Shown: one piece after another, positions 8,923 to 20,000 of the stretch
How the letters are laid out: each line of letters opens with the position of its first letter
Numbering within the stretch: position 1 is the stretch's first letter
NCBI GenBank assembly: GCA_040437565.1
Contig: JBDOQK010000063.1
Location: 174,861-194,860 of the forward strand
Direction: 5' to 3'
From: Albugo candida
Lineage: Eukaryota
Length of the DNA stretch: 20,000 bases
The notes under the pieces: model-generated
Told to the model about the DNA's origin: nothing
The model's database searches: none
The model's input: the letters and a program-made list of their open reading frames with translations, nothing else
Position numbers and translations under genes: made by a program

Positions 8923-10589
8923 ATGCGATCACAACGATTGAGCATTTTTGCGTGGCTGCAGATATGTCACTTGTATAAAAGCTATGGTAACTTGCATGAG
9001 AGAGACTATGTTCTAGGAAATCGTGGCTATTCGGAATATGACATGTGGTCGGGCTATAAACTGTGGCAGCATTGCTTTTACGACGCTGCCGGTGTAAGTG
9101 AAATCTCTCTCCTATACTGTACATCAATAAAGAGCCGTCAGAGATTATATTCCGGGTCACTGCTACGAACTTTGCATTTCAGCGTATAAAGACTCATTGT
9201 CACCGCGAATATGCTTTTTGGTCATCATGGCGGCCAAAACAACATATACCTGTGATGTCCGAAGCTGTCCCAAATCCTGCAGACCACTATCCGATACTGC
9301 TAAAATCAAATACGATGAACATCAGACAAGATAAACAGAAACCGCTTTGTCTGACGCAAAATCTCCACCATGTCGAAGACGGATGCAGAAGTTGCTTACG
9401 AGAGAAAAATGCTTTCAATGGTCTCGGGGAATTTCTAGTGGTGAATAATGAAATCCCTTTTGTGCTATTTGTGTTGCGCACATCACACACTAAAGTTGCT
9501 ATCATCGAAGCATGCACAGAGAATAACGCCTGTGCCGAATTTAAGGATATATACCCGGATAATGCATGCCAAGACGTTCATGGAAGTGGAGCCTTGAAGG
9601 ATCATGACTCGCCTTCCACAAGTCAACGGAGTAATTCCAACGCACCGGTAGTAGAAACGCATCTGCGCTGCTTCAGTGTAGATATATCCACGATAAACGA
9701 AGCATCTAAATCGGACTTTTGGCAGGACGACTACACGATAAATGCCCTACGAGAAGTAGGAAATACTAAGGAACTTTATGCGCATCTGGCAAGTTTTAGC
9801 ACTGATGTTCCGCAAAAAAAAAAAATAACACGCGCTTTGATACTGGTATGGTTTCAAAACGATACACCCAAAAATTCTTTTCTACGACGTTACCCACATA
9901 CAAGACGGCAAGTGGACGTGCCGCATTGCTACGAAAAATATGGCGACCAGTTTGATACGTCTCCGATCAGAAGCCCTATATCCGTTCAAACACCAGAGAC
10001 AATAAATTTGATGAGCATGGGAGAGCTGAGTCAGTGTGTTTTGGCACATCAGGAAGGTAATGAATGTGATGATTGCATTGAACTTGCTGGGATAACAGGA
10101 TCGGATCTATCCTCGACGGAATTTCTAATTGGTATCAAGGATGAGCAAAAGCTTGAGCTTGGAAAGTGTATCAGCACGAGTACTTTTAAAGCTTGCAACA
10201 AACTTGAATTCGTTCCAAACGAAATTTGCATGCACGAGAAATTGTTAGACTTCGTATCCGAATCAACTATGAGTCGTCCAAATCATTTTGGTGAACTCGC
10301 CACCATTGTTTTGGTGAAATACGGTGATAATACTTGCTTAGCGTGTTTAGCTCTCCGAAATCCGATAATAATGGCTTCAAGAATAAAGAGTTATGTCTGG
10401 ATGGTCAAGCCGAATCGAGATAGTCCGTGGTGTGCTTGTGGAGTGAACACGGGCCTCAGCTTTAAAAGGCCCATGTATTTCCTCCGTCCATTGTCCGCTG
10501 CACGGGTAATGCTTGGCCCATCGATAAATCGAAATCCTGGTCAAGTCACACAACATCATTTAACTCTAAATAATCAGGATCGTATGTGA
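8923..10589 (+). CDS. Secreted Cys-module protein, Albugo CCG-effector-like; frameshifted near 9104-9113 (possible pseudogene) or spliced via 9094-9182
   Basis: ATG 8923 starts a signal-peptide-like MRSQRLSIFAWLQICHLYKSYG, followed by WQHCFYDAAG (CxxCxxxxxG with the first C as W). A second frame is open from 9102 to 10589 and carries further modules CRSCLREKNA, CDDCIELAG and CLACLALRNP, each followed downstream by C...AC. Confidence 0.6.
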
Positions 10590-13500
10590 GGTGGGGGACC
10601 AGAAAAACTCAATTTCATTATTACGTAATATAATTGAGAATCCATTTTTTTTGCGCACAGAATGCGGACGAACCGCTTGCCATGCAGCGCTATTGTTTAC
10701 ACATTAAAATGTACCAACATACACATTTTTACCATCTGCAAGTTTGACAAAGCTCAGTGAATAAAGCCAACGAAGTTGTTTGCAACGCCATTCCTCCCAC
10801 TACTCTTACGTATACACGTTTGCAGGGAATATCCCATGATATAGCCGTATCTTAGTATCCCGTTGTGAACCTGCTTACGTAGCATGTCTATACTGAGTCA
10901 AGTGACGCTGATGCGTTTCTCACAGCGGACTTTGTATAACAACTGCATGATATCGTGTAGGTGACGATTGAGCTCCGCCACGCAAACAAAACGTCTTCGA
11001 ATAGTTTTTTCAGCGCAATATCATTCCTGGCCTTGGTATACCTAATGGCGTATTCCCACTCGATTCTTGTGGTATAGAGTGATGTGTGATTTCGTCATGA
11101 TCGCCTCTTCTCTTAAAAGTGGATGATGGTACCAATAGGCGAGACATTTGGTATATCGAGTGTTTTTATACGAATCCAGTACGAGGTAAAGAGAAAGCTA
11201 GAGTCATAAGTACTGTTGAAGGGACCACATATAGCTGACCATGTCGCAAAAGGCTGAATCAGACAAAGTGGAAAACGTGTCATGAGTCGGGTGGAAGCCG
11301 TCTCATGCAACCCGCCATAGTGCAGATAGATAATGGAAAGATTATTTAATATCGAGTAGCCTTTGCGTTCGACTTAATAAAAAGCACTTTCCTAGCTTAA
11401 AACCATTTGAAAGTTCACTCACTCAGCCAATATTTCAATCATTGACGGAAATGACAGGATGGACGTCATTATACTGAAGAAACAGGATCAGGCCAAGATC
11501 GATTAAACACATGCGTATAATTGCGTGTATACGCTTCCTGCATGCATCACTGAAAACAATTTTCAAAGCATTTACTAACATTTCAGCGAATGAACCACAG
11601 CGGGATTGTGCAGCATCATATTCTGCTTCTTCTTTTCTTTATATTATAAGGTAACAACTCAACCTACCATATAAATTTAAAGTAGCAATGGATGAGAGCG
11701 GAATGTCGCGAACATGACCTCTGTGCTATATCCGAAAATGCGTTTGTGCTTTGTGCGTTTGAAGTGTGGTGTCGTCAGTGACAAGAGAGGATGCATTCTT
11801 CTAATAACCACGATTATAAAGAACGAAGATGAGATTGGAGTGGGCCCTTGAATGCCAAGAATGGGGATGCAGATACTCAACATTGAAAATCAAGGCCGCA
11901 GTAGTGGATTGATACAGAAACTCTGCCAAATTTGAACGTTATCAGAGATTCGAAAAGAAGGTTCAGAAACGTCAGACCCAAATAAATGCGCTTTTATATA
12001 TTTAAATGTCTCTGACGTGCTCTGAGTATGATCTCGAGTATTTCTTTTTCTTTTTTTTCGATTTCAATATCGTATCAGTGACTGACATTCCTAAATTGTG
12101 TCAATTTGGCATACGCCCGAATACAGTTTTGACCCGACATTCCAAATACGACGATCTCTTCGATGGTCCATTCTCCGTACCCGTAGCGTGTAACAAGAGT
12201 GACTTGATGCATTATTCTGATGTGTGATTGGGAGTAGAAAGTTGGACCGATTCTGAGAAGTCGAGTTGCAATGTTTAGAAAAAGCTCCTACGCCAAATGT
12301 CTTTGTTGCGTGCGAACAATCACTCAATGGCTCGATGGAGAACTGTTTATCAGACTTTAGATTGGCGATACGATACGGAATTGAAACAAGCGACCGTACA
12401 CAGAGCATGTCGCATTAAACAGAGGCGCGTAATGGATCAACTGGAGAAGTGGAGACTCAAAGAACGTTGCCAACGCCGTACAAATACGCTGAGGCGCCGG
12501 TTGACATACTAGAAGCAAACTCGTGGCCAAGAAGGCATTGATGTGACGGTCGTAAATAATGCTTCCCAATCGATACGCGAGCTCTGGCAAGTCCACCCGT
12601 ACCAAATCTTGCAGTTAATGCACCACGTTGCAATAAATATTCTTCCAGACTTTGGTCTACCAGCGCAGTCTTTCGCTTAATGCCACCTTGTTCATGTAAA
12701 AGCTCCTGCGTCTTCAACGTCATCATCTAAGGTTATCGAGCAATTCCTCAAAGCATTTAAAACTGGATGGAAGGACTATGAATTGATGGACCCGTGGATC
12801 ATTCACCTGAGAGATTTGAAGAATGATCGTTTTGACCCGTTTTGTGTCACACTCTCCGAGAACTATCGAAACTCGAGCGCTTGCGTGAATAAGGCGAATT
12901 CACCTCGTCTTTGATCCAAGAAGTACTGCAGACTCTCCGCGTCCAGACGAGCTGCAAGAGCCTTGCGCAATGTGACATACCAATCGCAAACATCTTCGTC
13001 GGTCATGAGGGAAAATGGACACTGTAGTTATCTATTGACGAGATTGTTGAATGAGATATAAATAACAAAGTTCGAGTGGCAATATTGTGGAACCAAATAC
13101 TAAGCATCTCAAGTATCTATATTTGCATCAATAGGCTGCGGCTTTGATTGCTCTAGCCGAGCAGTTTACTAACCCGTGGTGCTGATCCGCAAAGATGAGG
13201 TACTGAGAGATTGCGCAAAGTGATCCGATGAGCAGATGTGTTGGGATTACGCAGTAGTGTTTCAAATGACAGTAGATATACAAATGCCTATCGCATGTTA
13301 TCTCTTAGTCGTGGTGAGAGTGGGTGTGGTGATAAGGTGAGAGCTGAAATTACCCATACGTTGGAGAAGAGTGAGTGAGTTCGTTTGTCGTGTCTGAATG
13401 CATTCGTAAGACAATTTCAGATTAGTTCTTATACTATTATTTATGTCAACGTGATATGGTGCGTATTTTCGCTCCATCAAAGCGACAGAAAGACGTATGT

Positions 13501-13886
13501 GTAGTGCGTAGCCTGTTCGGCTATTTCGCATGTTGTGAATAAAAAATGACCTTACGAGTAGTCACAGTCTCTGGCATCTGTTAAGTACGGTCACGAGTTG
13601 GTGTGGAAAAATGAAAGGGATTTTCTATCAACTCGTCGATCGCGCGGTGGGATAAATGCTTGTTGAACGATTCTACCAAATAAAGCTAAACAATCTCAAT
13701 GGCTTTGACGAAAAAGTCAATAGAAGATGGCATTCCTGCAAAAATCAAGCACTCTTTGAAGACCTAACATCATAAAAAAAAACTCACTCTTAGTTGATGT
13801 AGAGCAGTACACATGGCTTCACCCTTCACACTAACGCAAACTTTCCATGTCTGCTAGTAAAACAGCAAAGTCATCGACTATGTTGA

Positions 13887-14140
13887 TGATAGAATTCTAG
13901 AAACGTTTCCCGGTAGCGGATCGATGTAGTAGCTTGCGAAGGATTGGAATTGTGTGTACACTTAGTGCACGTGATCTTTCTCTCAGTTCGATCTACAAGT
14001 CACAGACGGCTTCTGTGACTAGAGCCGGTCCTCCGTATTGATGATCAATCCAAAAAGATCTCTGTATTAGGTTTTTTTTATCCCTACCGTACTTAACCTA
14101 TTTCACTTTGTGCGAGACACAAGGGATTCAGATCCTATCA
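13887..14140 (-). repeat. 3' LTR (254 bp)
   Basis: Bounded by the inverted repeats TGATAG...CTATCA (TG..CA) and immediately downstream of the polypurine tract. Confidence 0.75.
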
Positions 14141-15500
14141 CTTCCCCTTCTTCCGTTGCGAGTCGTCATAGACTTCCACATCTCTTCAGCTCCGGGATTG
14201 TCTTTGACCCACCGTGACAGCAGGACCGGAACATCTTCATGCATTATAGCAGCGGGCGCCAAGCTTTTTTCCGCGCTATCTAGTCCGATCGATTCGACCA
14301 AGATTTCCCATGTCTGTGTATCGCAATTGATACGGCTTTCCAAGGATCGTTACACCAGATGCCCGCCATTCGCGAACACGATATGTTCCTTTAGGTCCTG
14401 CGTAACTTCCAAATAACCTTCTTTGTAAAGCCGTAGGCGCGAAGCATGACGCGTGTGAATATCATAGGGTTCCACTAGTTCATGGATATCATACACCCAA
14501 TCGTTCAATGTAGACACCACACGGTATGGTCCTTTCCACCGTAGGACCAATTTGTTTGCCTTGACCGGATAGGAGAAAATCAACAATTTCAAAATTAATA
14601 CATATGACGCCTGTTTTTTGAGCTATGACGGCGTCTTGCTGCCTCATTTTTTTGTTTTGCAGCCTCAGATAACGCCTGCTGCATATGTGCCAATGTATCT
14701 TGAAGGGTTTTGATAGAGTCCTGCTGTTTGGTAGTCAACTCTAGCGCGGTCATAGAGTCCAAATTGTTCCATGCCGTCGGCTGATACAACACGCCGACCG
14801 GATCTCCTGCTGGTAGGGCCGTAAACCCCGTAACCGGTACGTACCCATTCAATCAAGCCGATGGTAGCTGATTTACAGACGATTGACAGAGCGGCAACAA
14901 ACTGGGACTCTCTGCAATCCTCAGCTTCCTCTCGCTCAAAAGACATCGCATTGTCTTGAGTAACTGACGGTTTAGTACTTCGACCGACCCATTCGCCCAC
15001 GGCCAATACCCCGTCACGAAAAGATGTTTCGTGCGTAGGATTTTTGACAATTTCGACATAACTTCATCCTCGAAATGTGACCCTCTATCGGATCCCCAGA
15101 CTGAGACCGCGCCATTCCCTTTTAAACCAATCCAATATTGCTGCCACGGTGACATCCGTATTGACCACCACACTGGGAATAAACTCACAAAACCCGCTCA
15201 TTCCATCCTTTAATACGAGCACATAACAATATCTTCCACTGCCTGCAGGCATGGATAGAAAATCGAAATGTAAGATTTCGTTCGGTTTGGTTACTCTCAG
15301 AGTCTCTCCAAATGGGCGAGGACATCTCTCTCCTCGCGCTAAAAGACAGTGTAGACATCGAAGCACGAATTACTACATGTCCCGATTCATCGAGCTCCAT
15401 GTGACATGCTTTGACAATATCTGGAATGTCGTCCGACACCACGATGACCTGCAGAACCCGCATTTGCCACAATACACAAGCGTTGCTGAATTGTGACGGC
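14128..15500 (-). pseudogene. Integrase and chromodomain, disrupted
   Basis: Decayed Zn finger (ANAGSAGHRG...CLHC), core ILHFDFL / SDRGSHF / PWANGSVE, GPY/F motif WKGPYRV, and chromodomain-like WEILVESIGLDSAEKSLAP...EDVP. It is split across several frames. Confidence 0.88.
14141..14154 (-). other. Polypurine tract (PPT)
   Basis: Minus-strand GGAAGAAGGGGAAG abuts the TG of the LTR. Confidence 0.8.
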
Positions 15501-15739
15501 ACTATCAGGAATCCATATTCGATTGTCCGTATCTACCAAGACACCACGTTCCTTATCTGTCGTTAATTTTGGGTATTCTGAACGACTGCGTTCCTGCGAA
15601 GCGGATTGTACCACCTTAATTTCGTCCATCGACGGACACTCGAAAGCAGTATCTTCCAGCGGCGATACTTTTTGTTCAACAGCCAGAACATTCCATTTGG
15701 AGGTATTCTGTTTCGTATTTTGATTTGGCGATCCCCAAC

Positions 15740-17400
15740 GGGACAGCATATCGCCCTAGACATTTTCATCCACAGATACATACTCAATCACATAAGGAAA
15801 AGTTTGCATGACCATTGCCCATCGTTGAAGCTTGTCTGCTTAATATCTTGCAATGTTTGTATCCACGCTGTCTGGATCGAAAGTAGATTTTAGATTTCGA
15901 TGATCAGTGAATAGATGGAAACCCCGCTCTCGCAGTAGGATATACTCCAATCGTTAACACGTCTCCACAATGACAAAAGCTTCCTTCTCTACTATTGCCC
16001 ATCGTGCTGCAGCTCCCTTGAACGACCCACTTATAAATGCGAGTGGTACATGTACTTGCTCGCTAGGGGGATTTCCAACTCACCGGGCCCCACTTAAGTA
16101 ACAATAGCTCCTCAGTGATCTTGAGAGGCGTCCATATAGACACAGACCTACCAGTTCTCTTTCGGGTGTGCTATCGGTACCATCGCGCAGAGTGCGTCCT
16201 TGATCAATTGGAAACACTGGTCGTGGGATGGCCCCCATTCATGGTCATCCAATCGGACTTGCACCAACTTTCTCTCCTTTCTGCTCCCGCCGCTTTCATG
16301 GTCTTCTACAACAAATTATGGAGGGTTTGTACCAGCGAGGAGTAGTTTGGTATATTACTCCGCATCCAATTNNNNNNNNNNNNNNNNNNNNNNNNNNNNN
16401 NNNNNNNNNNNNNNNNNNNNNNNNNNNNNNNNNNNNNNNNNNNNNNNNNNNNNNNNNNNNNNNNNNNNNNNCCGGGCCCCACTTAAGTAACAATAGCTCC
16501 TCAGTGATCTTGAGAGGCGTCCATATAGACACAGACCTACCAGTTCTCTTTCGGGTGTGCTATCGGTACCATCGCGCAGAGTGCGTCCTTGATCAATTGG
16601 AAACACTGGTCGTGGGATGGCCCCCATTCATGGTCATCCAATCGGACTTGCACCAACTTTCTCTCCTTTCTGCTCCCGCCGCTTTCATGGTCTTCTACAA
16701 CAAATTATGGAGGGTTTGTACCAGCGAGGAGTAGTTTGGTATATTACTCCGCATCCAATTTACCGCACAGAAAAATTGCTGAAGGTCTGCAGCCGTGCCT
16801 GGTCGTCCCATTTCTTATAATCCTTTAATCCGCTCGGCACAATGACTCACTCCCTTTCCAGAAATTGTTTGTCCGCACCACACCGTTTCGAAATAGAGAA
16901 AACAGCATGTTTTCGGATGTAGCTTCACTCCAAATTCTTCACATCGATTAAGAACGGTTCCTAAAACATCAAGAAGCTTTGTTTCTAATTCAGCATAACC
17001 TAAAACGTCGTCCAGCCATACTTGAACACCCTGATTCAAAACGCGTTTCAATACTCGCTCCGCAACCTGCTGTGCAAAAGCTACAGCATCTGTTGAACCC
17101 TTAATAACACGAGTTCCCGTATAAAGTCCTTCCGGTGTGACCACAGTAAAATAATCACGACTGCTTTCATCTAGCGGTAGTTGCCAGTAGAAACGAAAAC
17201 AACCCAGCGAAAAGTAGCAGCGTGATTCATCGAGACTCGCGAGAACCACTTTCAAATGTGGCAGGGGCCACGTCATCGGTATTGTCAGATCATTGACTCC
17301 ACGAAGGTCCCCCACCGTCATTCGATAGCTTCCGATATCTTTCTTTGCTACAATACGAGCCGCGCAACCCCATCTTGAGTCGGGATTTCGAAGCATAAGG
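15740..17400 (-). pseudogene. Reverse transcriptase and RNase H, disrupted
   Basis: RT motifs YRMTVGDLRGVN, YWQLPL and VQVWLDDVL. RNase H motifs PLAFISGSFKGAAARWAIVEKEAF, FHLFTDHRNL, KLQRWA and DMLSRW, with in-frame stops. Confidence 0.9.
16372..16471. other. 100-N scaffold gap with overlapping flanks
   Basis: 16083-16371 is repeated at 16472-16760 (289 nt). Confidence 0.95.
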
Positions 17401-17833
17401 TTATGCTCTTCCAGACTGGATGTCTCGCCATCACTGGTTTAGTACCTTCCTTTATCTGTACCTTAAGGGGAGGGACTTTGACTGGGGGATCTGCTGCGAA
17501 CTCCACCCGAAAAAGATCCTGATACCGATAGAGTAATGATGCCAGTCGTAAAAGTGATTCTTCCTTCGCACCATTTTCTCTTGCTTCTACGACTTTTGAC
17601 TCAAGAATTTCTTTAACAGCATCTCTTTGGGCCTCCGCCTTGACCACCTCCGGTAGCATCATAAAGCTTTCTCTCTCATCAAAGTCAATGCTGTCGTTGG
17701 CATAGCACGCTTTGTCGCATTTCTCCAACACACGACGCGAAGGGGTACTGCCTCCCGTACTGTCTTCGATCCCCGAAGCGTCCCAATTTCGTTTTCACTG
17801 TCTTGCTACTCCCAGTATAGCCTCGGTGGAAAA

Positions 17834-18160
17834 TCAGATCAGCTCCATCATGCCACGATCGATCAATAATGTCAGCGATTTGTCGCTTTCGTTTACCATC
17901 ACATCCAGATTTCTCCAGATTAAAGGTCCACTCGACGTAGGAAATTCTACACAATCCAAAATGGCTCGACGCTTTATCCATATCGGCGTGTCTCCGAGCG
18001 TATTTATCTTCATTGGCGTGGTGTTTCGACTCACACGGACAAATGCCTTCGATTCTAACACGTCCACTAATCCCGCGGGTACTATTCTGCAATCCGAGCC
18101 AGAGTCCAATAGAGCACATACATTTTGTATGCCATCCACGGTAGAGAAGAACTCCCCCTT
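17834..18160 (-). pseudogene. Retroviral-type aspartic protease
   Basis: VCALLDSGSD active-site motif, in the same frame as gag after a TAA. Confidence 0.85.
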
Positions 18161-19090
18161 TTATCTCAGTAGAGCAGCTTTCTTCACATCCGGTGCTTTC
18201 GCGTAATATTCTTCACGATTGTTTTGTCGGTTTCTTAGGACAGCTTCCGCTTCGCCTGGTCCGCACCGCGGGCATCTTCTGACCGAATGTTTCATGCTTT
18301 TACACTTCAAACATTCAAATCTGTTCCGCGGCGGACCAGATTGCAACTCCCGTTGCCCCTTTTCCTCTTCTTTCGTCCTTTGATTCTGGACAGGCACACG
18401 TCGTTGCTGAACAGGAGACAATCGTGTTTTTGTTGCCGCAACATTCCGTATCGACTCCACACGGATTGCCTCAGGCTCCCATTCCATGAAAGGTCTCATT
18501 TGTCCTAGACACCACTCGTAGAACGCCACCGGTTTCTTCTTCAGATGTTTATTCGTGTCCATATTCAGCTTCTCTTGGATTTTACGCCTGAAAGCTGCCG
18601 GCTCTAGACCTTCAACAATCCAATCCACGATCGTTTTTGCATCCACCTGCTCCACATAAAGTTGCAGACCCTCCTCCTCCAATACGCGATAGATTTGATT
18701 TCGAAGCCGCGACATACGAGACCCAGCATTCATTAATCGTGTCCTCATCCTAAAATTTTTCATTATTTCATCTATCTTGCCCAGCTCGAAGGAATCTGTT
18801 GTAATAGCTTCTGTGAAGTAGTTTATCCAATCCTCTTCGCCCGCATCTTCCGGTTGCTTACACATTTCGAATTTTACGATCTGAGCACGTGTCCTAGCAT
18901 CCACGCACGCTGACACCGGTATCACAAAGGGCTTGTTCTGACACGTCTCATACGCGAGCAATGTATTGTAGTACGATTGGTAGTTTTTCACAAATTCCCG
19001 CCAATCCCGCGACGTCTCTCCGGTGTAGATCGGATGCTTTGGCAATTGCGGTGCATTTGAGATGCGATTATCTCCCGACACATCCATCAT
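18161..19090 (-). CDS. Retrotransposon Gag
   Basis: Open frame of more than 300 codons with the CLKCKSMKHSVRRC (Cx2Cx4Hx4C) knuckle; the likely start is MMDVSG at 19090. Confidence 0.8.
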   Translation of the reverse strand: MMDVSGDNRISNAPQLPKHPIYTGETSRDWREFVKNYQSYYNTLLAYETCQNKPFVIPVSACVDARTRAQIVKFEMCKQPEDAGEEDWINYFTEAITTDSFELGKIDEIMKNFRMRTRLMNAGSRMSRLRNQIYRVLEEEGLQLYVEQVDAKTIVDWIVEGLEPAAFRRKIQEKLNMDTNKHLKKKPVAFYEWCLGQMRPFMEWEPEAIRVESIRNVAATKTRLSPVQQRRVPVQNQRTKEEEKGQRELQSGPPRNRFECLKCKSMKHSVRRCPRCGPGEAEAVLRNRQNNREEYYAKAPDVKKAALLR

Positions 19091-20000
19091 ATCCACACCC
19101 CCTGTCAATCGTCGCACCCTTACGGCAGGATCAGCAGGATGCGAATTTTTTTGGGGAGAACTCCAATGTCTACGCTTAAAAAATATCGCGTGTCCACAAG
19201 AATTGCATCGAGTATTCTTCGGGCGGTAATGTTGGAGCAAATGTTCATGTATTCACTCAGACAGTATATAAAATCATCTGTCTAATCAGCAACTGATATG
19301 AAGCGATGGAAAGAGATCCAACAGAAACTCGAATGCCACCGTACAACGTTTTCATTTTTCTAGTCACATCCATGGATGCGGAATCTTTCGTCTCGTTTAC
19401 TGCTTGTATGGAAAGGTCACGAATGCGGTCATGATCTCCAGAACATGGATTGCGACACATTCGAAGGAGCACAAGGATTCTTAACTATCTCAAGGAAGTT
19501 CATCACAGCGATCCCTGGGCCTGATGTTCATGATCACACAACAAATCGTATGGATGTGACGCAAATTATCAACCGGGGACAACAATTCAAGTCTGGTAAA
19601 ACTGTTGCTGACGCTGTCGGGAAATAGCTACGTGAAGTTTCTTCATTACGGAGTTTGTATTCCTTCGACATTTAATCTTCACTCGAAAGCACTCGAGATA
19701 TAACGGAATGTGCGCTATTCAATTCGTTGGGGAATGTGGAATTCAGTACACTCACATCCGTACAAATGCGGCTTTCGATATCGTTTAGCAGCCAGAAGAA
19801 AGGAACGTCAGGTGTGGTTCAATTTCGTATCACGAAAGCTCGACTGCACTCCAAAGAAATTACCAAAGGTTTGCTTGGTTTATGTGAGAATTGGATGCAA
19901 ATTGATGATTCGAAAACGCCATCAGAAAGTGCTCAAAAAGATGAAATCGAGGACCGTATCATTGGAAAGTATGCGTCCCAAGTAGGATATCATTGTGTAT

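Larger units (their letters stand above)
13887..19100 (-). mobile_element. Degenerate Ty3/Gypsy chromodomain LTR retrotransposon; 5' LTR not found
   Basis: Domain order on the minus strand is gag (CCHC knuckle), protease, RT, RNase H, integrase, chromodomain, PPT, LTR. It contains many stops and frameshifts. Confidence 0.93.

Noticed and set aside
11760-11870. Possible Tc1/mariner relic (KMRLEWALECQEW)
   Set aside because: Only one short motif is present, with no DDE domain or terminal inverted repeats found.
16083-16760. 289-nt direct repeat resembling an LTR pair or tandem duplication
   Set aside because: The copies appear identical, abut an N gap and lie inside pol; this is an assembly artefact.
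1-20000. CRISPR arrays, tRNA/rRNA genes, or prokaryotic RT defence systems
   Set aside because: No repeat-spacer arrays or structural RNA signatures were seen. The RT lies in a standard Gypsy gag-pol context in eukaryotic DNA.

Overview
Eukaryotic DNA with short GT-AG introns. It is most consistent with an oomycete, probably Albugo; this is inferred from the compact genes, a CCG-like effector and a WLDD-type Gypsy element. Bases 1-8.1 kb are a very gene-dense block of six spliced housekeeping genes: RBM39-like splicing factor (-, runs off the left edge), JMJD6 (-), DPM2 (+), Sds3-like (+), FMC1-like LYR protein (-) and QSOX sulfhydryl oxidase (+). Bases 8.2-20 kb are gene-sparse. They hold a secreted, Cys-module CCG-effector-like gene with a frame break, some decayed coding-like DNA, and a degenerate chromodomain Ty3/Gypsy LTR retrotransposon with only its 3' LTR visible. 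Two of the three 100-N gaps are assembly overlaps. The best leads are an alternative 3' splice site in RBM39 intron 1 that gives an immediate in-frame stop (candidate autoregulatory poison splicing), and a frameshift in the effector's first module that a cryptic GTAAGT...TTTCAG intron would bypass exactly in frame. All gene models were derived by hand and have no transcript support.
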